Of a DNA stretch of 64,000 nucleotides, positions 47,101 through 59,017 are shown piece by piece (the stretch's first letter is position 1; each line of letters opens with the position of its first letter). The notes beneath the pieces were generated by a model. That model was not told the DNA's origin. It saw only the letters and a program-made list of their open reading frames with translations, and ran no database searches. A program made the translations under genes and the position numbers. The DNA comes from Paraphysomonas bandaiensis (lineage: Eukaryota; Protista; Chrysophyceae), in NCBI GenBank assembly GCA_965644295.1, contig CBFFRP010000097.1, forward strand, positions 186,001-250,000, read 5' to 3'.

Positions 47101-50100
47101 GTCGATGTTGTTACGACGTGTGTTGTGTTGTTAGGGAGCTTGCTGAAGAAATTGGATTCGTGGAGGCCGATATAGAGAACTTTAAGCGTTTACTTGAGCT
47201 CAGTGTCGTTGCTCCTCGATTGGGTGATATTCGGCTAATGGAAGATACACATGCGTGGGGACAGGTATATAAAGGGGTATACGAATACCTGTGTTTAGAT
47301 CTTATATCATGAATTCTACGTTACATTCGATTCAGTAGTTTAGTTTACTATTTTTAGAATTGTATGCAGTTTCTGAATTATATTCCAGGAAGAAACCCGA
47401 CGACGAGGAAATTTAGACCCTCATGTGAACGCCGTTGTTGCGGAAGACTCTCGGAAAGGTGTGTGTTTGGGTGTTATGAATGACGTTATATAAGTGGAGT
47501 TGGGGAATGCTGTGCATTATCTAGGGGGGTTGCAATTGATGTCGCATGGCTATCCTCCTCTCCTTCTCAGTTACTGCAGGTAATTTATATTATTCCTCTG
47601 TGTGGACGACAATATCTAATCTCGTTCCAGAGAGTATTGGGACGGCGCGAATATTTCTCCCTTAACATCTGAAGACCGTAATCAGATATTGGGAGTGTAC
47701 GAGCGATGGGACCTTGAGGACTTCGATGTCGTTGCCTTGGCGTATTCACCAGTTCCTATTACTCTTCACGTAAGCACGGTTTCGAAGTAGAAGTATTTCC
47801 TGCAAGCATGTTGTGCTGTATATATTGATAATTACAAGGATGTATCGCTAGCACTTATTTTGTGTTTGAAACATGCTATTTTTATCAGGAGCAAATATCT
47901 TCCCATAATTCGCGGAAGAATATGCAATCTTCTGAAGCAAGAGATAACAATGACTCTGTACATAGTGGGGAGGGACGGCAAACGTCAGGGTGCACACTCT
48001 TCTTTGTTGATTCGTGTACAGAGCGGCAGTTGCATAATTATCGAAAACGCGTTGCAGTGATGTCAGCTAAAGAAGATAGATCTCCGGAACAACAGAAAAC
48101 AGATGGCAGCAACGACTCACCTGAAAAATCTTCTCCAGGTGCAGAAATTTCATCTACAGGGATTGAAGAGAGGAGACTGTCATCCGGGAGTGCAAGCAGT
48201 AGCGAAATGCGGCGAGTAGATTCAAGTGAACAGAGTAATATTCAAGCGCAAGGACAAAGCGAGGAACTTGAGCTCAATCGTGGTCAATCTATTCTTGAAT
48301 TATCAACGCAAAGAGTGGACTCATTAAGCGAGGGAACTACATACCCTCCACTGACTACACCTTCTCCACTGCGGCCGGTTTCTCTAATTTGTCCCCCTCG
48401 GCTGGACTGCATCGAGCACATGCATTTAATTGAGGATGTCGCAGAGGTGAGACAAACGTGCGTGAGCGCGGGGTATGAGAGTACCTTGAGTGCCCAGTAC
48501 AATATTCTCCCTGAAGAAAGAACTAGTGCAGATTTTATACTCTGCGAGGTGCAGAGTGAACCAACTCGATCCCCTCCGCATAGGCCTGATAGCGCTGACG
48601 ATAAAACTGGGATGCCTATTACTACAGCAGCGAGCATGGTTAATATGCGGGATTTGCATTCAGTGACGGAGGAAGTTGAATTACCTCTGAAGGTAGCAGA
48701 GAGCTCAAGAGCTACCAGCAGTGAGATGGAGATGGATTTTGGAACGTTCGCCGTTCCACCACAGAGCTGGGCAATGACGGGGGTCGATACAACCAAGCGA
48801 CGAAGACATGTGCGGTCGTCAAGTGACCAGTTGAATGTGCGCAAAAAGAGTTCAAACAACACTGTGCTTGGTTTGATGTATTCAAACATTGCAGCTTCAG
48901 TTTACGCATCTCAAGGCTATAGTCCTACGTTATCTACGGATGGGTCTATATTTCTCTCGGAGGATAGTCCGGGCACTGCGAGCCCACCAGCGGTATATTT
49001 TCCGCCTGATATATCACCACGGACGAATATTCCCCGGGAGCGAATACGGCCTGCTGACTCTTTCGATATCAATGGCTACAATTTAATAAGCGACGATTCT
49101 GTGGCGGACGACACCACTTTTCCGTCAAGGCGAAACAGTGATGAAATTCGAAGGAATAGTTTAGATACTATCGACACCGAGCTTTCTGATCATGATAATC
49201 GGTTACTGTCTTCTAAGATTGATGGAGATTCTTACGAGAAGAGCAAGGACAGAGCGAAATTTAAAAAGTCTTTTTCACTTGACCACGGCCTGCACGGTTT
49301 GAATGTTAAGAAATCAAAATCTAGCACAGATATGAATACATTGATGGAGTCCTCCGTCGGAACAGAGAAAGTTAAACCAAACACTAGTGACGTATTGCCC
49401 CCTGTATACAAAGCGATTTCTGAGCCCAGCGTGGCCCGCACTCAGTCCGTCCCAGCCAAAGCCTTTACGGCTTCCATGAAGCGAGCTTCGCAGCCAAGTC
49501 CCGCCAAAAGTCACAAACCCAGCTCCACAACTGCACCAAAAGGCTTATCGGAGGCAGTGTGGTCTATTTTACGACAACAGGTACTAGGATTATCATCAAT
49601 ATTCCTCGAGATGTTAAGTCATACCTCTGCGTAGGTCTTTCTTGGTATGACTGCATCATCTGTTCCTGTTCGTCATGTGGTACGTACTGCGAGTTCAACA
49701 CTGAGTGTTCACTCCTTTATGTCACACTCTTAGATGCCAGAATTTGTGGAAGATTTAACAGAGGCAGGGGTTCGGTTCGTGTATTTCAGTCCGAGAAATA
49801 TGCGAAGGTCCAAAAAAGTTGCTGAAAAAATTGGTATTTATTCCATTTAGTTGATTGTATTCAGTCAACGACTATGTAAAATGTAAATATAATATGACAG
49901 TGTATAGGTCTTCAAACTGATTGGAACTGTGCTATATCTCTCCGACCATTAGACTCACCGGATACTCACGACCCGCATAGATTTATAAGCAGTTATGCTG
50001 ACTGGGATGTCATGGCAAAACTTCCTCATGGAATAGATGTATGTGCTCTTAATTTAAGCTCTTGCGATGTCGTATAATTGCGAAAAAATATGTAAGCGTG

Positions 50101-52069
50101 TAATGTATAGTTTTTTCAATGTAGGCTATTAAGAAACATCTAAGGGAAATAGACAACGTCCCTCTTCTGGTGTCGCTTTTTACGGATGCGACTCCATCAA
50201 CTATTCAGTCAATGGTGGGGATATTTAGGGAACATGGCGAAGTTGTCATGTCAATTGGCAGTGCTTATAGGTGTGTAGTATATCTGTTTTGAATATTTTA
50301 TGGTAGCTTTTTCTTGGCTGTACTTACTACACTTATGTCTCCCCACAAGTCTAATATTTCTTGGATTGAAGGTCATACAATCAAGCGATATACAGCGTGT
50401 CTGATCTTGGAATAGCTGTGGATATGCTTCCTGGCGAACATAAAGACTTACTTAGCTCATCTGACCATATTGTATCGGCATTTCCTGTTTTCAGCTCGTC
50501 GTCTCTTTGCCAAGCTGATCTAACTTTGATGTTTCGTCTCGTCAGCCTGAATACTTCTACTTTGCTACAGAGCCCTCCAAGTAGAGAGAGTCAAAGTGAT
50601 ACTGCAACTTCACCTCGCATCAACTCCGATGAGAATGTTGTATGTCCAGAAGTATTCAATATATCATCTGGCACTGCATTTGAAGGCCTGGTGGAAAACA
50701 TGGAGGAAGGGGGTACCTCTCGGCAGAAAGCGTTTGTCCCGAGTCTTGATATTTTGTCATGCACTGGGTGCTTTGGGATTAGCGGGCATCAACGGGATGG
50801 TTCCACCGCTACATATGCGATGAAGTGTACCAGTGATGAGTTAAAAGAAATGGATCTACGAGGATTGTTGGAAGCCATTCGGAAAGGACGGGTATTTTTA
50901 TTGAATGCGAAACAGGTACACCAGTGCAAGAAGTTGGTGTGAACCAGCTTTAACATTTGCGGACAGGTTCTTGCGTTGTTATGCATTAGCTGCCTATCTT
51001 TGGCACTTTGGGGTGTGTATTCTCAGGTAGTGTACAAATTTGCATCCTGGCGACTTAATATATAATATATTGAGCAGGCAATACCACTATCGATCCCTCC
51101 CATTCCACCCCCTCCAATGGCCCTTCTCTTTCTTTGTGTACAACTACCGTGCATATCATTGGCAATGTTTTTTAGTCCTGCCGTTGGGGATGACCATGTA
51201 ATGCGTAAGACTCCCCGCAAGAACAACCTGATAAGGTAAAATACATGGAATGCGTAACTTCTATTTTTAGTGTAATATTTATTTGATCAGAAAACCAAGA
51301 GATATATCTCGTTTTCAGAATTATTTATCGGCAAGGCTGTCCACTGTTTGCATATCTGTGTTTGTAGGTAAGATGAATTGTGTGATTTAGTGCGTGCTAT
51401 ACGTTCGAGTATGTCACGTGCGTAACACATGTGCAGTTGGATGGATAGCTACAAGTTCCAAATCAGAGTTAGACGTCGGCCGTAATGAAAGCGGTGAACT
51501 TTCCTCTTCTCACTGGACCGAAAGGATGGCAACCTATCGTGACATTCTCAGCAATGGTAATCTTGACAGTGATGGTAGGGCACATTTTTTGTTTGTTCAG
51601 GTGTGGCATTTGCCTTTTCAATTTTGTGTTGCATAATATTTGGTCAGGACATGATGAGCTGCCAGTTTTTGCTTTCTATAGTAGCCCAATCGGCTACATT
51701 GCTTCATCGGGGGCAGAGTATTTGGCAACTTCCTTCACCAATTTCCCATCCAGAATACTATGTTATGGTAATTGTGTGTCTGGCTTTGCAAGGTGGAGTT
51801 GTATATCTCAGGTAAACTATTCTTCATGCACTGACCTCTGGAGTTGAAATTATGGGTTTTGTTAACACAGGGCACTTGGTCGTAGAGGTGGAGTGGAACA
51901 ATTTCTTGAGGCGGACTGGCAACTATGGGTTGCTATGACTGCCCTACCAGTGCTTGGTCTAGTCATTGGATTTGTCGTAAACTGGTATGATAATTTTAAT
52001 TACCGTAGATACTTGAAGTTCCTTAGATTAGAATTCGACACAAGATTAGGAATGTTCAGTCCGCGGTGA
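44181..52069 (+). CDS. TMEM94: Transmembrane protein 94 (P-type ATPase-like), about 20 exons
   Basis: VYRDGHWQRIPTLLLVEGDIIAL, LGAVTMVCFID, WWTHLSSLKPIGLN, EYWDG, Q/VFLGM, AGVRFVYFS, AEKI/GLQTDWNCAISL, AKLPHGI, IDNVPLLVSLFTDATP, and the C-terminus LEFDTRLGMFSPR*. Confidence 0.88.
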
Positions 52070-53189
52070 TGGTTGTTATGTCATATATTAGTAAATTTGA
52101 AACCAAGGCCGTGCATTTTCGAACGTGTTTATTATTAAATGCTTCACAAAGAGTAGATTTTGAGTATTTTCTCCTGTTCAACATCTTTATATGATTCCGT
52201 ATGTTTTCTTTAAATATAGGGGATCTATTATTCAACCTAGTCAAATTGGTTAAATTACCTAGTCACACCAAATTGGTGTAAAAACCTAGCCAAGTAGTTG
52301 AAAAGCCTAGTCATTTAATAATTCAGTTTACAATGACTAGGTTGACTAGGTGTTTTAGGGTATTCTCCTAGCATACTCTAGCCATCAATTAATGAAAATG
52401 CAACCATTGTACATATGCAAATGCAATATATCAGATTTCATCTTTGGAAATAGAAGTTTACGATGCGGGGTTCTAGCAGCATTTGTATATGTTAAAATCT
52501 GTATACAATGCTTTCTTGGGGCCTTACGTACTTAATAATAAGTGTACACTGTACACAATCCACAATCGATGCTTCTTTAATTTACATTGTGGCAGCTTTA
52601 ATCGATACAATCGCTTGAATATCATTCATGAAATTATTATTGCATAAGCAATTACGCGTTATTATGTGTAAAATGTAAAAAACATCAACAACATAGTTTT
52701 ATACTTCTTTCATATTAACCTCTGACAAACTTGCGTATCTTGAATCGTCATGATATAAACAATAAACATACCTATTCCTACAAGAAGGCCCAGTATAAAA
52801 CTGCACATTCGTGGGGGGATTTCTCAAGGTCTATATTAGTAGACCAAACATTACAAACATGGATAATAATTTTCTTAGAAGTACATCTGAACATTAACAA
52901 AGGTATATTTTAAAACGCCCTCAAAATAGTTGACTTATCTACAATAAACTTTACAACTGCGCACCGTCTTTTCTACAAAACATTTCTTACTTGAGATACT
53001 TAGAGATAAGAAGCACTCTGTCAGTATCACTAAAACGTTCAAATGGACAGCATTTAAAATTGCAATCGTAATTAATTCAAGAAGCAATAGTTTATAGTGT
53101 TGCTATATGCTCTCACATGGTATCATAGCAATTCAAAATAAACACTCTTCGCGAGGTCCAAACACAACACAATTACTAAATTTTTGAGT

Positions 53190-54476
53190 TTATTCATTGT
53201 TAGGCTGCTCACTCTGCTCCTGTGGCTGTTGCAAAGCCTGATTCTGCTGAGGATCACCTTGCTGAGGCATCATTTGTTGTTGAGGGTAACCTTGCTGTGG
53301 CATCATCGGTTGTTGTTGTGGATACCCTTGCTGAGGCATCATTTGCTGTTGTTGAGGGTACCCTTGCTGAGGCATCATTTGTTGTTGAGGGTAACCTTGC
53401 TGTGGCATCATTTGCTGTTGTTGTGGATACCCTTGCTGAGGCATCATTTGCTGTTGTTGAGGGTACCCTTGCTGTGGCATCATTTGCTGTTGTTGAGGAT
53501 AGCCTTGTTGAGGCATCATCTGTTGTTGAGGATAGCCTTGCTGAGGCATCATCTGTTGTTGAGGATAGCCTTGCTGAGGCATCATCTGTTGTTGAGGGTA
53601 TCCTTGCTGAGGCATCATTTGCTGTTGCATGGGTACCACTTGACCAGCACTGTATGTCCCCCGCACAACCGGTTGTTGTGTGACTATTGTACCGAGTGGC
53701 CCGGCATTGTATTGCATTGGTAAGACATCCACAACAATGCCTTTCATATATTTACTGTCATCCGTTGCAATTAATGAGTTTGATTCAGTCAAGGCGTTCC
53801 AACATTTAATATCTTTTCCGCTCCAATTGTGTGCTTCGAAATACTCTTCGTTAAGTGCACTTGTCGAACATGGGTTTAGGATAATACATTGAATTCCGTT
53901 CATTTGGCCTTCCGCCGCAGTACCAAGAACAGCAATTAGTTCATTCACAGAAAATGTTCCTTCCCTATACCGAATACGTGGCTTGCCAATATTAGCTCCA
54001 AAAAATTTTGAGCCGTTTGCACCATGGCGCTCTAGTAGTTGTCTCAAATTAGGATTATCCTCTGATGGATCACAACTGAAAAACTTTCCACCTTCTTGTC
54101 CACCAACATCCTGTTTAACATACACTTTCATAGAATACTGTTCAGCAGGAACAAACACAGGAGGACCAGCAGGGTCACAGAGAAGAAAATTGCACTGTTT
54201 TGTTTCAGTAAACATATGCTCCCACTCATAATACGTCTGTTCATTGCCGTCAGCATCAGTTCTTTTCTTTTTTACATGTTCTTCACAATCAATACGATAA
54301 TAAACACATGGTTGATTGGATACAGGAGCAATTACAGGGTTTGATGCAAGCACAACTCTTCCAACCACAAATTTTGAATCGCCTGCCTTAATTTCAGATG
54401 ATTTCACCACTTCCATATTCTCAAGTATAGCCTTCACCTGACTGGCTTCATCCATACAACAGAAGAAACACCCCAT
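53190..54476 (-). CDS. Putatively N-acylated protein with a GIDE/MUL1-like beta-rich domain and a C-terminal ([11 protein letters not shown])n tail
   Basis: Start MGCFFCC (ATG at 54476). VVGRVV...[11 protein letters not shown]...WE...NFLLCD...[19 protein letters not shown] resembles GIDE-family domains. 11 Q/P/G/Y/M repeats at the C-terminus. Confidence 0.7.
   Translation of the reverse strand: MGCFFCCMDEASQVKAILENMEVVKSSEIKAGDSKFVVGRVVLASNPVIAPVSNQPCVYYRIDCEEHVKKKRTDADGNEQTYYEWEHMFTETKQCNFLLCDPAGPPVFVPAEQYSMKVYVKQDVGGQEGGKFFSCDPSEDNPNLRQLLERHGANGSKFFGANIGKPRIRYREGTFSVNELIAVLGTAAEGQMNGIQCIILNPCSTSALNEEYFEAHNWSGKDIKCWNALTESNSLIATDDSKYMKGIVVDVLPMQYNAGPLGTIVTQQPVVRGTYSAGQVVPMQQQMMPQQGYPQQQMMPQQGYPQQQMMPQQGYPQQQMMPQQGYPQQQQMMPQQGYPQQQQMMPQQGYPQQQQMMPQQGYPQQQMMPQQGYPQQQQMMPQQGYPQQQPMMPQQGYPQQQMMPQQGDPQQNQALQQPQEQSEQPNNE
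53250..53630 (-). repeat. Coding minisatellite of 33/36-bp units (11 copies)
   Basis: Units such as TTGTTGAGGGTACCCTTGCTGAGGCATCAT repeated in tandem; encodes Q3-4MMPQQGYP. Confidence 0.95.
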
Positions 54477-55008
54477 GCTTTTAGTCTCGTCCACAAGTAT
54501 GTGGGGATCGTCTAAACAGGTTATATGGATGATACTATTGCTTAATATACTCACATGCATAGCCCTGTATGTAACTGTCGTCATCGTGCCTAGCGATCGT
54601 ATGCTGTTTTTTTATACCTATTTTTCATACCTACAAATGTAGATTATATGTGGAAATCCCTGATTTTTATGTTGAGAAAAGGGTCTCTGAAAAATGGACC
54701 CCACAGAATTTTATATCCCATTCTCTGGTGTGTACTTCTGTATTAGTGTACTGGTGTACCCACAGAGTACATCTAGATATACAGAAAAGTGAGTGTATAC
54801 GGGTATACCGTATACAGTACAGAGTATACATAAGAGGACAGAGAAAGGGCCCGTGTGTACCTACAGCTCCATATGTAGACATGCGTATGTTCCACAGTCT
54901 ATTGTCCTCTAGTCCTCCATGCTCCTCTAGTTCTCCATCTATATATAGGGGTCCATTCATGTCTACTTCACCAATAGAAACAACAACAATCATTCCTTAT
55001 TGTAAACT

Positions 55009-55460
55009 ATGGTTACAACTATCTCTAACGTTCCTCAGGGGAAGCAACAACTGGGACAATGCAGTGTCCCTCACTGCGCATCTGCAAAACAAGAGGCCAA
55101 AAGACGAGCGAAATGTGAATCTTCACGTTGCAGTCGACAAAAAGGTAAAGCTGATTTGGAGTATTTCAAAAGACGCATTAATGAATTACAGCGTGATAAT
55201 CAGTATCTTCGTTCCTACATCGCACATCATCGCCTCTCTCGTCCATATGAAAGCACCGTACAATATCCGAGAACGGTGAGCTGCTCTTCTTAACATGTAA
55301 AGTATTAATTGTATTCTCACAGAATAATACAACACGTAATGAGTGTGAGGATGAACAAGCACTTTTTAAGAATGGTTTGGACATAACTGATGATGATTTT
55401 TGGGACGCTGAAGGTGGAGCTGAATATTTATATACAACGGACAGTCATAATAATATATAA
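55009..55460 (+). CDS. Small atypical bZIP protein, 2 exons
   Basis: KRRAKCESSRCSRQKGKADLEYFKRRINELQRDNQYLRSYI: basic region plus F-L-L heptads. Intron 55276-55322 (GTGAG...CAG) adds an acidic tail ITDDDFWDAE. Confidence 0.55.
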
Positions 55461-55928
55461 GTAAATTTTTCAATATGTAATAAACAACGATAGAAACGTG
55501 CTTATTCTACTGTCGTATTGTTTATGGAATTTATCTATGCACCTATTTGCGTTGTGTGCTCCGATTATTGTTGATTTTTTCATGCTTGGTGCGGCCAATT
55601 ATAGAGTGTAGAATATCGGGAGATGACTTCTATAACTGTTCTAGAGGTTTAATATAATAAACGTAAACTAAACTGTCTAGTTACTGTACTTGTAGCTGTT
55701 GGTATATTGTGCTTGCTTAACGAGGTGATTTCTATAGAATATATAGTATTAGGTATTAGTAGCACTAAAAAAGAGAATCCTATTTCCAACTAATAGAGCT
55801 ATCAGAGTCATCCTGTTTATGCAACACAGTCAATTAATAATATTAATATAGAACATGTTATTAACAAATTTATTGCTATGAAACACTTGAATATTGAAAC
55901 ACTACCAGTACAACACACACACCACACA

Positions 55929-56969
55929 CTACTTCGCTTTCTTTTTACGTTTCTTTTTAGTGACAGGTACTTCTTGTGCTTTTTTGACACAAGGATAACC
56001 ATCAAGAGTTGTGAAAAATCTCTGTGGTGGATTTGTATCCCGCTTTCCATGTGCAGCAAGCGCCTGAGCATCTTTCGGTCCACCGGGTCGGCATAAATAC
56101 TTAACAATGTCCCGCTGTCCACATGCAGCGGCAAATGTAATGTGGCCTTCAGTGCCATCCTCGAAGTCATTCTCATCTTTAAGTACAGCACCCTTGTCAA
56201 GCAAATATTCTAAAAACTCTTCATGACCACCCTTTATAGCGCACATTATAGGGTCAAACCCGTCGGCCGAAACAACGTTGATATCGACTCCTTTCTCTTC
56301 TACAAGGAATAACACGATATACTCGTGCCCACAGTACGTGGCCAGCTGTAATGGTGTCCACGGTCCACCTCCAGGAGGATTAACATCAGCTCCATATTCG
56401 CAGTACATCTTCAGTTTTTCAAGGTTTCCTGTCCGGCAAACGATATCAACCATTCTTCTCTCCTCCTCTAGGGCAAGTGCAAGAGCTTCAGCAGCAATAT
56501 CCTCATTCAACACACTCAAATCACAAGGCTTCATGAAGTTCTTGACAATATCATCTTTCTTTTGTTTCATATATAACGTTATTCCGCCACTATCTCCTGA
56601 ACTTATGAAATTAAAAAGCAGGTGGGGATTTTCTTGAGGATTTTGAATCTCAGTCTGGATTTCTTTGAAAAATACATCTTCTGGCCAGGTAGTATCCCTT
56701 CCACCCGGTCGTTTTCGAGTGAGGTTATGTGACTCATATGTAATTTCAGTAAACCATACTCGGACCCTATCAGACACATACAGATCGAATGCAAGTTTGC
56801 TGGGATATAACTTCAGTCGCTCTGGTTTCTTTGGGCCATTCCGTTTTTCATATTGAGTATAAGCAGGAATTATTTTACGTCTTGAAAATACGAGATATGG
56901 CACAGTGGATAAATCATTATGGACTTGTTGTCCAAAGTATGAGACATGAAGCTTATGATCTAGAGTCAT
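55929..56969 (-). CDS. Ankyrin-repeat protein with C-terminal basic NLS-like tail
   Basis: WTPLQLATYCGHEYIVLFLVEEKGVDIN, GFDPIMCAIKGGHEEFLEYLLDKGA; ends TKKKRKKKAK*. Confidence 0.85.
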   Translation of the reverse strand: MTLDHKLHVSYFGQQVHNDLSTVPYLVFSRRKIIPAYTQYEKRNGPKKPERLKLYPSKLAFDLYVSDRVRVWFTEITYESHNLTRKRPGGRDTTWPEDVFFKEIQTEIQNPQENPHLLFNFISSGDSGGITLYMKQKKDDIVKNFMKPCDLSVLNEDIAAEALALALEEERRMVDIVCRTGNLEKLKMYCEYGADVNPPGGGPWTPLQLATYCGHEYIVLFLVEEKGVDINVVSADGFDPIMCAIKGGHEEFLEYLLDKGAVLKDENDFEDGTEGHITFAAACGQRDIVKYLCRPGGPKDAQALAAHGKRDTNPPQRFFTTLDGYPCVKKAQEVPVTKKKRKKKAK

Positions 56970-57139
56970 ACTACTCAACAGTGAACCTCTTATATGATAT
57001 GCTGGAGTAGAAGGAGAGATATGTAGGTCATATTATGCTGTTAGAGGAGTGAGTATTCCAAGTATAGTGGTATAGTGATACAGTGGTGAGGATATATAGA
57101 ATATAATGAGCTCTCAGTTAAGCAGTGAGATGAGTATAA

Positions 57140-57299
57140 CAGCCCGTATCGGCAGTCAGCATCTTATTTTTCGGGAATAATTTGAATCAAATATACTCTA
57201 TATTACTGTAATACAACTACGGCTGGAATACAGGCAATTATTGACTCAATATCAGATGCACCTTTGAAGAAATATATACGCCTGCTATTTATAGGGCTG
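57140..57299. mobile_element. MITE, copy 2 of the 15000-15121 family
   Basis: 57145-57259 aligns colinearly with 15000-15114 (CGTATCGGCAGTCAGCATCT...CTATATTACTG...AACTACGGCTGGAATACA...AATTATTG.CTCAATAT.AGATGC). Outer CAGCCC...GGGCTG inverted ends. Confidence 0.6.
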
Positions 57300-59017
57300 G
57301 AGAATAGACCTCTCGTATAGCCGGATAGATGCCCGTTATACGGGTTACGTTAGATGTGTTTTATCTGCATCATATACCATATAGCTGTACATGTATATAT
57401 ATATTTGTGTGGGCTGTGGACAATCAGTGTACAGCCAGGTGTGCACTTAAAACCAGTCACAGTGCTATAGGGAGCATGCTAGACTATGTCCTGTTGCTCC
57501 ATAACAACCACCATACTAAACTATGATAAGGCTACATTATTATCATTACGGATAGCATCATACACGTGTAGCCGTGTTAAGCTGATGCTTATCTGCTACA
57601 CATATATACGGATCTGAGTCGATAGAACACACTGTCTCAATGAACTGTTACAAGTAGGTAGAATACATGACACGTACAGATCAATAATACACAATGGAAT
57701 CAGTCACAGATGGAGACGCCGAGGCACTCACCGTATTATCAGTAAGTCGCCATGGTGCTTCTGAGCAACACTGCGACGTGCTAGTAAGTCACATATCCTG
57801 AAGATAGGAATGAGAGTTCACAAATATACATTTGACAAACTCTCATCTGCCACCTCTATAATCTACCCCAAATATTAGCTCAACACTTTCGTCTTGTCAT
57901 TTTTATTAGAAAGCTGATAATTGGCAAGCAAGCTATCTTACTTTGGTTTCAAGTGCTGAACGGGACGAAGGTTGAGTGTCACATAGATCACAATCTTATT
58001 ATGTAAGCGTGACTGGCGGCAAATCAGCAATAACACACTGTAAGAGTTCCTTTAGAAGGCACAAGTTCCTGAAGATTTAATGCGATACATTATTTTCCAC
58101 ATACTTGTACCACAAGGGTTATTCTTAAAGCTAACTGTATCCACATAGCAAGGTTATTTTTGTCTCCTAATGCATCTGGAAGGCTAATAGAACTGTCAGT
58201 AAAAATGTGTTGCACAAGATACCCAATAAAACAGTGTTTGAGTTGGGGAAAGTGTTGAGGTACAGTCCAAGATTAACAAGATTAACAGAGATCGTTCGCA
58301 CTGTGTGAGAGGCAGACGAAGAAACTGTAGATAGTGAAAAGAATTCCCTACTGAGTAGATGTTTTATCGTAAAAATATAGTCGTGAATGTCTTATTATTA
58401 TCAATAAATGTATATGTTAGTTTCATAAATCGTCTACGGCGGGGTCGCGAAGATGGTTGCTTGTGAAGCTGTTGAAATGGTGGGCTATATAGATGACTGG
58501 AACCGCTATGCAAAGAAACAGTGTGATAATTTGTATTGACGGGAGACGGGAGAACTCATGGCACATGTCATCCACAGAAGATTATCATATAAATCGCGCT
58601 CAGTTAAAAAGCCGTCATAGCTCTTCATTGTAAGGGTAGCAGGGGTACCTATGGTTGCTGATTTTGTTGCAGTTGTACATACTCTCTCCCAGGACTTCGT
58701 GCATAAACCAAGGCTCTCCCAACCTATAAATGCCCTCATATGTACCTAACTCGAAGTGCTTTTATTCACACACACAGCTGAAGTACACTTCATATACTCA
58801 GGACAAGCATTTAAATTCAAATTCGACAATAATTGCTAATAGAAAAGAAATACTTGTCGAACTTAAGCTCGTTATTACAAACTACTACACTAGTGCTTAC
58901 GCCATCTTAAAGTTCATTTTCCAGTTGGATAATAAGGACAAGTAGAAATAACATTGACGGCTATCAGATGATGAAACCACAAAGCTTGGTAAACTGTTTT
59001 ACATACTATCCACTACT

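Noticed and set aside
52215-52385. Clustered CCTAGTCA / TGACTAGG motifs
   Set aside because: Looks like a transposon end, but no partner terminus was found; too weak to call.
53184-53723. Leu/His-rich and Val/Ala-rich plus-strand repeat ORFs
   Set aside because: Antisense readings of the Q-rich coding minisatellite.
57560-58760. Moderately GC-rich intergenic stretch with short ORFs
   Set aside because: No consistent reading frame, splice model or motif.
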